Origin: the human T2T-CHM13v2.0 reference genome, Homo sapiens
DNA: 64,000 nucleotides
Direction: 5' to 3' (one strand)
Assembly (NCBI RefSeq): GCF_009914755.1
Contig: NC_060932.1
Shown here: positions 43,467-56,386 of the stretch, piece after piece
Layout: each line of letters opens with the position of its first letter
How positions within the stretch are numbered: the first letter of the stretch is position 1
Made by a program: the position numbers and the translations under genes
Notes under the pieces: generated by a model
What the model saw: the letters and a program-made list of their open reading frames with translations, nothing else
Told to the model about the DNA's origin: nothing
Database searches by the model: none

Positions 43467-45822
43467 CAGGCATACCTCAGAGATACTGCAGGTTCAGTTC
43501 CAGACCACTGCAATAAAGGGAGTATCACAATGAAGCAACTCACACAAATGTTTTGGCTCCCCAGTGCATATAAAAGTTAAATTTAAACAATAGTCTATGA
43601 AGTGTGCAAAAGCATTATGTCTAAAAAATACATATATACCTTAAAGATTAAATTTCTAGAAAAAGGTAACAATCATGAGTGTTCAGCAAGCCATAATCTT
43701 TTTGCTGGTGTAGGATCTTGCCTCAAACGTTGAGGGCTACTGAGTGATCAGGGTGGTAGGTGATGAAGATTGGAGTGGCTGTGGCAGTTTCTCAAAATGA
43801 GACAACAATGAAGTTTGCTCCATCAACTGATATTTGTGCTTTCACAAAAGATTTCTCTTTATCATGCTGTTTGATAGCATTCTATCCACAGACCTTCTTT
43901 CAAAATTAGAGGCAATCCTCTCAAACCACGCCACTGGTTTATCAATTAAGCTTATGTAATATTCTAAATCCTTTGCTGTCATTTCAAGAATGTTTACAGC
44001 ATCTTCACCAGGAATAGATTCCATCTCAAGAAATCACTTTCTTTGCTCATCTGTAAGAAGTAATTCCTCAAGTTTTATCATGAGGCTGCAGCAATTCAGT
44101 CACATCTTCACTTCTAGTTCTCTTGGTATTTCCACCACATCAGCAGTGACTTCTTCCACTGAAGTCTTGGGCCCCTAAAAGTCATCCATGAGGACTGAAA
44201 TCAACTTCTTGCAAATTCCTGTTAAGGTTGATATCTTTACCTCCTCTCACGAATCACAAATGCTTGTAATGGCATTCAGAATAGAATGGTGAATCCTTTC
44301 CAGAAGGTTTTCAACTGACTTTGCCTAGATCCATCAGACGAATCACTACCTATGCTAACTACAGCCTTATGAAATGTATTTATTAAATAGTAAGACTTGA
44401 AAGCCAGAACTACTACTTGATCCATGGGCTGTGGAATGGATATTGTGTTTGTAGGCATTAAAACCAACATTAATCTCCTTATACAACTCCATCAGAACTC
44501 CTGGATGACCAGATGCATTGTCAATGAGCAGTCATATTTTGAACAGATTTTTTTTTTTCCTGAGCACTAAGTCTCAACAGCAGGCTTCAAATATTCAGTA
44601 AATGATGTAGTAAACAGATGTGCTGTCATTCAGGCTTTGCCGTTCCCTTTATAGAGCACAGGCAGAGTAGATTTAGCATAAGGGCCCTAGGATTTTCAGA
44701 ATGGTTAATGAACACTGACTTCAACTTAAACCAGCTACATTAGCCCTTAACAACAATCAGCCTGTCCTTTGAAGCTTTGAAGCCAAGCACTGACTTCTCT
44801 CCAGCTATCAAAGTCCTAGATGTTATCTTCTTCGAATAGGCTATTTCATCTACATTGAAAACCTGTTGTATGGTGTGGCCACCTTCATTAGTTATCTTAG
44901 CTAGATCTTAGCTAGATAACTTAGCTAGATCTTAGCTAGATAACTTGCTATAATTTCTACATCAGCACTTGCTGCTTTACCTTGCACTGTTTTATGGAGA
45001 CAGCTTCTTTCTTTAAATTTCATGAACCAATATCTGCTGGCTTCAAATTTTTCTTCTGCAGCTTCCTTACCTCCCTCAACCCTCACAGAATATGAGACAG
45101 TTACAGTCTTGCTCTAGATTAGGCTTTGGCTTAAGGAAATGTTGCAGTTTGATTTTTTATCCACACCACTAAAACTTTCTCCATATCAGTAATAAGGCTG
45201 TTTTGCTTTCTTATCACTTGTGTGCTCACTGGAGCAGCACTTTTAATTTCCTTCAACAACTTTTCCTTTGGGTTTACAACTTTGCTAATTTGGATCAAAA
45301 GGCATAGCTTTCAGCCCGTCTTAGCTTTTGACATGCCTTCCTCTTTAAGATTAATCATTTCTAGTTTTTGATTTAAAGTGGAAGACATGTGACTCTTCCT
45401 TTCACCTGAACACTTAGAGGCCACTGTAGGCTTATTAATTGCCCTAATTTCAATATTGTGTCTCAGGGAATAGGTAGGTCTGGAGAGGGAGCGATGGGGA
45501 AAACACAGACATTTATCAATTAAGTTCGTTGTCTTATATGGGTGTGGTCTGTGGTGCCCCAAAACCACCATGATAGTAACATCAAAAGTCACTGATTACA
45601 AATCACCCTAAGAGAGATAATAATAATCAAAAAGTTTGAAATATAGGGAGAATTACCAAAATATGAGACATGAAGTGAAAGTATGCTGTTGGGAAAATGA
45701 CATAAATAGACTTTCTCCACACAGGATTCACACAAACTTTCAGTATGTTAAAAAACAAAACAAAACAAAATAGTATCTGCGAAGCACATAAAGAGAAGTG
45801 CAATAAAATGAAGCATGCCTTG
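43467..45822 (-). mobile_element. Near full-length Tigger1 (pogo-family DNA transposon) with a decayed transposase
   Basis: TA|CAGGCATACCTC TIR at the left and gcaataaaatgaagcatgcct at the right; minus-strand ORF remnants RKSHMSSTLNQKLEMINLKEEGMSKA (HTH) and [24 protein letters not shown] (DDE region). Confidence 0.93.
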
Positions 45823-46635
45823 TGGCTCCACAATGATTGAGCAGTATTCATCCTAAAACAAATCTAATGAAATTTACCTTGAGAACATTCACTTGCAAGT
45901 AGAAAAGCAGATCTGGTTTAAAGCCTCGGGCATCCGCCCCTTACCCAAGTCTTGGTAAGGAATCCAGAAAAACAAGTACTTCCACCTCTTCATCAGTCAA
46001 ACTTAAGCCCTTTAGCCTCTGTGTCATTATAAACTCAAGACACTAACATTTCTAATCTCAAGAACATGGAGGAAATTTTAAAGCAAAAATCGTTCTCCTT
46101 CTCCACTTATCCCCACCTCCGAAAAAACCTTAGAGCTGGTCACATTAGAAGTTAACAGTATTTTATATTGTTTCATTCAAAGAATGAACATCAAATTACC
46201 TCCTGATTTGCAACATTTAGTACAATCGCATTGAAAATGTCTAGTTTAAACCGTAGCAGGAAGATGTTTATTCTACCTAGGACAACCTACCTGTTCCTGG
46301 AATATCAGGTTAAGCCAAAGTCTACAACGGGAGGCAGCATAGCACAGAGATAAAGAGCAAGGCTCAAGCCATACTGCCAGAATCTACAGCTCCCACTACT
46401 TAAACTTTGGCAACTTAACCGCTCTGGACCTCAACTTTCCCATCTGTAAACTGCAGAGAATGCCTCTCTCCATCACCAGATTCTTACTAAACAATGGAGT
46501 AAAGTACTTAACAGTGCTCCATAAATGTCTGATGCAAGTATCATTATTGTACCTTAACATTCAGCTCTACGCTCTCATCACAGTCGCATTTCTTGTTTGT
46601 TGATGGAACTTATATATTGCATTACATAAGGGAGG

Positions 46636-46953
46636 TAAGGGTAGGCAAACTTTCTCCATAAAGGGCCAGACAGTAGTATTTTTGGCCTTGCTGGCCAGAT
46701 GGTGCCACTGATGCAGCTATTCAACTCTGCCATTGTAGCACAAAAGTGGTCAGAGATGACATGAAAACAAATGAGAATGGTAGTTCTTTCCAAAACTTTA
46801 TTTAGAGAAACTAAAATTTCGTAATTTTCATATTATACAAAATATTATTTTGAGCCATTAACAAAAGGGAATATAAAAACCATAGTTTGTAGGCCATACA
46901 AAAATAGGCAGCAGGCCAGATTTGGCCCATGGGTGGTAGTTTGCTGACCCCTG
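46636..46953 (+). mobile_element. MER58 (MER58B-like) hAT-Charlie MITE
   Basis: Begins with the terminal-inverted-repeat-like (TIR) taagggtaggcaaactttctccataaagggccagacagta and ends gtagtttgctgacccctg; ~320 bp. Confidence 0.85.
46797..46802 (-). terminator. Probable distal ERI1 polyadenylation signal AATAAA
   Basis: tttatt on the + strand; downstream minus-strand CATTTGTTTTCATGTC; lies within MER58. Confidence 0.65.
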
Positions 46954-48079
46954 CTCTAGATTAACAAATTTACGGGCTTTGGAAGCTTTGTGGGGCAAGG
47001 AGGCTTGATATACAGGTTGGTGGTGCAGAACAAAGAGGAAATTTCTAAGTATAATAGAAAAAAGATGTAATGCTGTCCTTCATGTATCAACGCTGGATTC
47101 AACTATGTGCAAAACATTTTATCATATGTCGCTGGAATCAAAGATGCAGAAGTCACAGTCTCTGGTCTCGAGGAGCATATACTTCTCCATGGTAGCTTAG
47201 AAATGGAAAGTCTTCCTTCAAAGTACAATACATCCTTCTCAGACTTTGACAATGCACCCGTGCGTGCTCATCTGTGAGGCAGGTAGTTTCTTTGGCAACT
47301 ACAGCTGAGGCCAAACATGCATTATTATCTTGACCACCTGTGCTTCTTCCCCTCCCCAGTAATCATACCAGTTTTTCTCCTGGTCTCCAAATTATTCTGT
47401 TTTGCATTATCATTTTGGGGATAATACTTGGGATGATATACTAAAAGTCAACTGGTCACATCTTTTTAAAAATTACCATTTTAATTAGTCTTCAGAGATA
47501 CCCTCTCTCTCTTAATAGGTAACATGCTTGTGACGCCTGTGTTTTTTTGTTTCAATCCAGGCAGAAACTTCTCCCTAGGAGGCAGGATAAACGGATCTAT
47601 CTCAAGGCAACAAAGACACATCACAAAAACATTTTTTTCAGAGCAAATGTTAAATACTTGATCCAACAGAACACAAATAAAGATAAAATGTAATGCTCTA
47701 TTATATACTTCAGTTGGTTATAAAGATTGCGGATTTGAAAAAAATCAGCAGAAATCCACTATGTCAATGTCAGAGCATATGAAGCACAGAATAAAAGTTA
47801 ACACAGCTAATAATAAATTGTTTGTAAATACTAAGTAACTATTAATAAGAAACAATAATAGAATATACTAATATTGTTTTCATGGACATCCATCTCTTAC
47901 GTGTTTCCTTGTAAAAAGTTGTACTATTTGTCTTTCAAAGACAACACAATAAAAGTCAGAGTAAAAAGCAGTACTCTCAATGTTTAGTATCATCTCATCA
48001 GCAAAATCCCAAATCAAATTGGAGGGGAGGACAGAGACTCAACAGAGGAATTAAAATGGGTTAAGACAGTAAAATCTAT

Positions 48080-48367
48080 GGCTGAGCGCAGTGGCTCACG
48101 TCTGTAGGAGGTCAAGGTGGGCAAATCACTTGAGGTCAGGAGTTCAAGACCAGCCTGACCAACATGGTGAAACCCCGCCTCTACCAAAAATACAAAAATT
48201 AGGCGGGTGTGGTGGCACGCGCCTGTAATCTGAGCTACTCAGGAGGCTGAGGCAAGAGGATCACCTGAGCCCAGGAGGCGGAGGTTGCAGTGAGCCAAGA
48301 TCGCACCACTGCACTCCATCCTGGCAGACGAGCAAAAACTCTGTCTCAAACAACAACAACAACAAAA
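48080..48367 (+). mobile_element. AluS inside the ERI1 3' UTR (antisense to the mRNA), with a small left-arm deletion
   Basis: cacgtctgta|ggaggtcaagg lacks atcccagcactttg. Confidence 0.9.
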
Positions 48368-50088
48368 TAGGGTACTGAGAGCTTATAATGTTGAAGTTCT
48401 TAAAAAGAAATACAACATGAGCTTGTTGGTACTTGGCGAAAGTGAAAACAGGCAAAGAAATTAGCAGATAGAGCTAAAAAAACTGGAAACGTAATATTTC
48501 CTCGTCATCATCAGATTTTCCAATTGCAGTTTCAGCTATTCAGTATTCAGTAATACTTTACAGGTTATCGTACAGTGCTATCTGGGATGCACAAACATCT
48601 CAGCATACATCCCTCTTATCCTAAGAGTTAACTGTATAAACTTAAAGCACTTAGATTTCCTTATTTTACTATAATCTGTAACAGTTCATCTAGGAACACC
48701 ACACTCTCATATGCCTTCTGTTATTTACACATTATTCTTTATGATACTGATTATATGACTACTGCTGAAAAGCAGAAATTCATTGGCTTAAGAAATCTAC
48801 TGCCCTATGTAGAGAATTCCCACGCCAAGAAAAATGTCTACTTTCCTGCTTTTCACCCTATATGATATAGGTTTGGAAACCTTTGAGGAAATTCATCTGG
48901 TTATAAAATATAAATCTTTAGAATAAAGTAGCATCACAATTTTTATTAAAAGGTAAAAGGCAGGAAGCAAGCAATGTCAATGAAATTGTTCCCTGAAAGC
49001 TACAAGGAGAAAAATTCAATTCTGAAAATACATGGGTTTAGCCTCTAGATAAGAGTTTTACCTTATCAAGTCGAAATGCACATTTTAGTTTTTAGAATTA
49101 GTTAAGAATTACTCAATACTTAGCAGCCATTTACTATGTAAAATCAGAAAAACAAGTCTTTTATTGACTAACTTCACTAGTGGCCAATGAAGTTTTTTAA
49201 TAACAAAAACGTAATATATGGTAGAAAGTATTGACTTTATTAACCTCACTTACGATACTGAATACAAAGTAAAATTAGGTGGTGACCCTTAATTTTCAGT
49301 CTATTTCAAAGCATGGTCCCTCAGATTTAAGAATTAAGGCATACATATGTCAAAAAAGGAAGGCGAATCAAACAACCAAATCCAAAAAGACCCCAGTGAT
49401 TTATGTATTATGAAGTTTGAGCTACAGCCCTTATGATATTCCTTTTAGTACTTTCTTCTACGTTTTCATTAATTCCTTCAGTAACTGGATTTTTAACCAA
49501 ACCCTATAATCCATCATAATTCTTCCAATTATGAGTTGAAAAGAAACATAGGCAGATATGTATACCAAGTACCTTACGAAATTCACCACATACATGGTGA
49601 ACTTCACATATAAACTTTGAAAATCAAAAGGACTATGATATTCTTGAAATCCAAAGGCTAGATAAGATCTACCTTCCAATCATTTCTGCATTTTAAGATA
49701 TGGTTTCATCTAGTGATGTTAATAAAGAAACACATTACATATTTAAACACCAGTAAGATATGACATTCAACAGAACAGCCAATAAGATTTTGCATTTTAA
49801 AACCAAAAAGAATATATCTTGAACACCTTAAATTATAAAATTCAGTTGTAAGCAGGAACTGTTACTATGTAACGAATACTGTTCATATCAAAAGTGCTGG
49901 TGACAAAGAATTCAGTATGCCTTCCTACAAAATCTGTTCACATACATGTATCTATCTCTATCACCTGTAATAAGATTTTAAATGTTTTAAGGTGCTTAAA
50001 GTTTGCACTACAGGACTAATTCAATGAGATTCATCTGCTACCTCTTCATAGCAACTTCAATTGGAATGATCCACACACAAAACTGTTG

Positions 50089-50331
50089 TTACTTTCTAAA
50101 ATGTGGCATTTGTGGTGGTGGAGTGCCCTCTATTGGTAAGGAAGAGGACACACTCATTAGCTGTCCTGCATGCATTTTCTCGTTGATTCGGAGTTCACAC
50201 CCATCCTGAAGCATTCGAACTGCTATTCGGGCGATATTCTTAGAGTCATCAAGACCACAGTGAGGCCGCCCATCATAATCCATTCCTAATTTTTCAAGCA
50301 TTATTGTCAGTTTGGTTTGGCTTCTAGGAAC
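50089..50331 (-). CDS. ERI1: ERI1 terminal coding exon 7, VPRSQTKLTIMLEKLGMDYDGRPHCGLDDSKNIARIAVRMLQDG...PHFRK*
   Basis: atttttcag|GTTCCTAGA; 243 nt ending in TAA at 50091-50089; the HxGLDD ExoIII motif of DEDDh nucleases; matches ORF 50089..50301. Confidence 0.97.
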   Translation of the reverse strand, partial: VPRSQTKLTIMLEKLGMDYDGRPHCGLDDSKNIARIAVRMLQDGCELRINEKMHAGQLMSVSSSLPIEGTPPPQMPHFRK

Positions 50332-50565
50332 CTGAAAAATAAACAGCTTAGTAAATAATTCTTTGGTGTTCTAAACTGTAATATAAGCCACAGTTAAGAT
50401 GAAAAATAAGAAACTGAAAATTAGCACTAACAGCTAAATAAAGCTAGGCAAAGGGCAATACCCCCACTCAAATAAGGCATATAAAAAATTCAGGCCAGGC
50501 AAGGTGGCTCACGCCTGTAATCTCAGCACTTTGGGAGGCCAAGGTGGGCAGATCACTTGAGGTCA

Positions 50566-50800
<235 letters not shown>

Positions 50801-51126
50801 TTAAAATATGATCTTAAGAGTTTCAGCTGAAAATACAGACAGGATCCTCAGACATCTAAAAACTCTGCAGTTTTTTAATTTAAAAATAATTTATTAAAGG
50901 GAATGTATTGTTCAGGACATGTAAGTTGAAGATCTACCTTTTTATTTTTAAACCAAGTTAGTTATTTTACATGGTATTTTTCTATAGTGTATTACTTTAC
51001 TTGACTGATTTCTTAGATAAAAAGACTAGCCTTTTTGGATGGCTAAAGATAATGAAGATTAAGAATGAAAGATGATGTGGTGTGGTATTTTTCAGGTTAT
51101 TTAAAAACCTGTTCCTTGATAAGTTA

Positions 51127-51513
<387 letters not shown>

Positions 51514-51759
51514 TCATATTTCTATCAAGATTTGTTAAGTTTTACATTCTGTAGTTTGTACAACTATTTTGCCTATGCATCTTGGACCTCAGCTTCTTCA
51601 TCCGTAAAATGGGACTAACAGCTCTAATATTTACTCATAGGGTTACTGGGATAATCACAAAGCAAATGATGTAAAACATCTATAATTATCTTAAGCTGTA
51701 ATACTGCAATATACCCTGTACCTTCCACTAATTATCACTTGGAAAACGCACTTCTAAAA

Positions 51760-52942
51760 ATAGTTTGCCCAACACACTGGATAACTTAGGTAGAAGAGAC
51801 AAATTCCTGGAAATACACAACTTAACAATAATTGAATTACAAAGAAACAGAAAATCGGAATAGACCTATACCTAGGAAGGAGACTGAATCAGTAACTGAA
51901 AACCTCTAACAAAGAAAAGCGCTGAACCAGATAGCTTTGCTGCTGAATTCAAGCAAATATTTAAAGAATTAGAACCAAGTCTCCTCAAACTACTACAAAA
52001 AAATTGAAGAAGAAATACTTCCCAACTCATTCCATTAAGGTCAGCATCACTTTGATACAAAAGCCTGACAAAGACCTCATGAGGAAAGAAAATTACAGAT
52101 CAATATCCCCTACAATTATCATGTTGCAATAATCCTTGACAAAATATAAGCAAATTTAAATCAGCAGCATATTAAAACAATTATGTGCCATGACCAAGTA
52201 GGATTTTATCCTGAAATGCAAGGATGGCTCAACATTTAAAAAATAATGTTAACACAAGCATTAACAGAAGGAAGGAGTGCAGTAATTGAAAGAGAGTGGT
52301 ATTAGTATAGACATACAAACTAATAAAACCGAAGAGAGTCTAGAAATAAACTTTCACAAATACATTGAATCAATGGGGAAAAAACAACAGCCTTTTCAAC
52401 AAACGGTGTTGGGAAAACTGAATATCCACGTGCAAAAGAATGAAGTTGGACCCTTACCTTACACCATATAACAAAATTAACTTAAAATTGATCAAAGACC
52501 TAAATGTAAGACATTCAATTATAAAATTCTTAGAATAAAACATATGGAAAAGGCTTTATGACAATGGATTGGACAATGATTTCTTGGATGTCACCAAAAC
52601 ACAGGCAACAAAAGAAAAAATAAAGTAGACTTCATCAACATTAAAAACCTTATTACTAAAGACGTTATCAGTAGAGTGAAATGGCAACCCATGGAACAGA
52701 AGATACATTTGCAAGTATATATCTGATAATGAATTAATATCCAGAATAAAGAACTCCTACAACTCAAAACATCATGATACCTCATTTAGTAAATGAGGAA
52801 AGAATCTGAATAGACATTTCTCCAAACATGATATGCCAATGGCTAAAAATCACATGAAAAGATGCTCAACATCACTAATCATTAGGGAAATACAAATCAA
52901 AACCACAATGAGATACCACTTCACACCCATTAGAATGGCCAT

Positions 52943-52991
<49 letters not shown>

Positions 52992-54400
52992 AGAAAATAA
53001 CAAGCATTGACAGAGATGTGGAGAATGTAGTACTTTGTGCATTGCTGGCAGGAATGTAAAATGGTACAGCCACTGTGGGAAACAATGTGGAGATTCCTCA
53101 AAAAAATTAAACATAGAATTAGCACATGCTCCAGCAACTCCTATTCTGGTTATACAGGAAGAAGAATGGTATCTGTACATCCATGTTCATAACAGCACTA
53201 TTCATGATTGCCAAAACATGGAAGTAACTTAAATGTCCATCAAACAATCAATGGATTTTTTTTTTTTAACGTGGTACAGGTTAAATATTCCTTATCTGAA
53301 ATGCTTGGGACAGAAGTGCTTTGGATTTGAAATTTTTTGGATTTTGAAATATTCAACATTTACATTACACCACTTTTGCATCACTCATCCGAAAATCCAA
53401 AATTCCAAAACCTGAAATGCTCCAATGAGAATTTCTTTTGAGTACAATGTCAGTGCCCAGAAAGTTTCAGATTTTTGGAGCATTTCAGATATTGAATTTT
53501 TGGATTAGGTATACTCAGCCCGTAAATACATACAATGAATTCTTATTCTGCCTCAGAAAGGTAGAATTCTGACACATGATACAACATGGATGAACTTTAA
53601 AGACATTATGCTCAGTGAAATATGCCAGTCACAAAAGATCAAATACTGTACGCCTCCACTTATAAGAGGTATATAGATAAGTCAAACTGATAGAGACAGA
53701 AGAATGATGATTGCCAGGGTTTGGCAGGAAGGGGAAGTTCAACAGGCACAGAGTTTCACTTTTGGAATATGAGAGTTCTGGAGAATGATGTGGTGATGGT
53801 TGTGCAATAATGTGAATGTACTTAATGCCACTGAACTGTTGTGCACTTAAAAATGATTGAGAGCATTTTTAAGTGAACAACAAGTGTTATACAGGGTGGG
53901 CATTCCTAATCCCAAAAACCCAAAATCTGAAATGCTCTAAAATCCGAAACTTTTTGAGGGCCAACATAACGTCACAAGTGGAAGATTACACACCTCATGT
54001 GATGGTTCGCAGTCAAAACACAGGTACATGACACATGCTTAATTTATGTGTAACTAAGAAAGCTATTGCTTATTGGTAGCATCAGGAAAGATGATGCCAA
54101 ACAACCAGACTGTCCATATCAGTGGCTGAGACAGTGACAGTTCTGCTTTCTAATGGCTCAATGTACATACACTGTTTCATCCACAAAACTGTATGAAACT
54201 TAACTTCAGGCTCTGTGTATGAGGTATATATGAAACAAAAATGAATTTCATATTTAGAGTTGGGTCCTATCTCTAAGGTATCTCATTATGTATATGCAAA
54301 TATTCCAAAATCTGAAAAAAACCCCAAATCTCAAACATTTCTTCTGGTCCCAATCATTTCCAATTAGGGATACTCAACCTGTATTATGTACATTTTAACC
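51760..54400 (+). mobile_element. L1M ORF2/3' UTR remnant in ERI1 intron 6, interrupted by two Tigger4/MER46 elements (~53276-53522, ~53892-54381) and a (CA)n at 52945-52990
   Basis: L1 motifs (caaatcaaaaccacaatgagataccacttcacaccca); TA-flanked Tigger4-type TIRs. Confidence 0.85.
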
Positions 54401-54489
54401 ACACACACACACACACACACACACAAAAAAAAGATTAAAATGAAAAGTCCTAGAGAGTGCCCAAAAAAGAGTTATTAACTTTATTAAAC

Positions 54490-55310
54490 AAAGGCCCAGT
54501 CACTTCATCGTGTTTTTAAAAATGATGTGAAATCTAGACAAAGAACAAACCAACCTCTTGCTTCCTCTGGCTTAGCAAGGAAAAGTTCTCAATCAAGTGG
54601 CTGAGTTGAAAGGTGAACAAGAGGAAAACAAAAAGGCCAGATTTTGCTGAGCAGTTGGAAGAAGCGCTGCAAAACGCAGCCTCCTTACAGACATTTTTCA
54701 TCACATGAATCAGCTGAACAAGTCCCTATAAGAAGCTGGAGAAAATGTTTGACTTCAAGTGACAAGATTCTTGCATTTCAAAGGTAACGGAGTATGTCTT
54801 TGGAAATAATCATGTTACAACAGAAAACCTTAAAATGTCCACCTTTTGCTTGGGCTTGATATCAAGTGAGGAAAGCTATTGGAAAGTCTCAAGTCTGAGT
54901 GCCACATGGAAAAACTGTAGGAGATAATTAAATATTTTTCCTCCCTTTCAACACCAGCATATGATTAAGTAAGGGATCCTTTCTCTGAATCTCTGCTCAG
55001 CCTGAGAATCTGACTTCAAGAAAAGAGCTTTATAGGTACAATCTGACTGTACACCAGAGACAGAGTTAATGCTCTACCCCCAGAAAAGTTGTGGATTTCT
55101 GCAAAGTATCCTGTCATTCATTTGAAAGCAGTAACACTTCACTGCACTTTCAACTTTCTACATGTGTAAGCAAGCTTTTTTTTTTAACATGCATGAAGAG
55201 CAAAGGCAGAAATTGTCTAATTTCCTGAGAAAAAGAATCCATGTGAGCTTATCTTAAATTCAATCTAAAATTGAGTATTTGTAAAGGGAGGACAAAAAAA
55301 AAGAAAACAC
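54490..55310 (+). mobile_element. Charlie-family hAT transposase remnant
   Basis: Broken translations resembling WLS.GKVL and LTDIFHHMNQLNKSL...SSDKILAF, typical of Charlie/Buster transposases. Confidence 0.65.
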
Positions 55311-56089
55311 ATTTTACAGTCAAGAGGTGTATTTCATCCTTTCCTTTTACTTCAACAACAGCATTGTAATGCATATACATAGGCCTATAAAAACATAAAG
55401 AGGCTGGGCCTGGTGGCTCATGCCTGTAATCCTAGCACTTTAGGAGGCCGAAGGGGGGCAGATCATTTGAGGTCAGGAGTTCAAAACCAGCCTGGCCAAC
55501 ATAGTGAAAGCCAGTCTCTACTAAAAATACAATAAAATTAGTCCAGGCATGGTGGGAGGCACCTGTAATCTCAGCTACTTGAGACGCTGAGGCAGGAGAA
55601 TTGATTGAACCCAGGAGGCGCAGGTTGCAGTGAACTGAGACCCCACCACTGCACTCCAGGCTGGATGACAGAGTGAGATTCCGTCTTGAAAGAAAAGAAA
55701 AGAAAAGAAAAGAAAAGAGAAAAAAGAAGAGAAAAGCAAAAAGAAACAGCTGTATAATTTTGTAAATGCTAACTCCACATTTGCGCTTGATATGCCACGC
55801 ACAAAGAAAGTTTGGGATTTCCCCCAAAATCTTATACAAAAATCTGTCTTAAACTGTATTTTTATTTATATTGTTTCAGCCTACTTTTAGAAAAACCAAG
55901 TCCCATCCTAAGCGAATTATTTCACAGAAATGTATTACAGTTATTTGCCTTTTAAATTAAGCTCCAAGTTTAATTACCCATTTCCACCCTTTGCCCCCAA
56001 GAAAGACTGGATAGAAGGTCATTTTTGGCCAGGCGCAATGGCTCATGCCTATAATTCCAGCACTTTGGACGGCCAAGGTGTGCGGATCA

Positions 56090-56386
<297 letters not shown>

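Larger units (their letters stand above)
46780..50088 (-). other. ERI1: ERI1 long AU-rich 3' UTR (approximate end)
   Basis: Contiguous with the stop codon. Minus-strand AATAAA signals at 49236-49241, 49160-49165, 48942-48947 and a distal one at 46797-46802 with a U/GU-rich stretch downstream. Confidence 0.75.

Noticed and set aside
43842-45592. Tigger-derived (TIGD1-like) protein gene
   Set aside because: The transposase is fragmented by many stops and frameshifts.
46780-50088. Histone-type stem-loop in the ERI1 3' UTR (autoregulation)
   Set aside because: No GGYYYTTYTNARRRCC-like element was seen by eye; a covariance search would be needed to exclude it fully.
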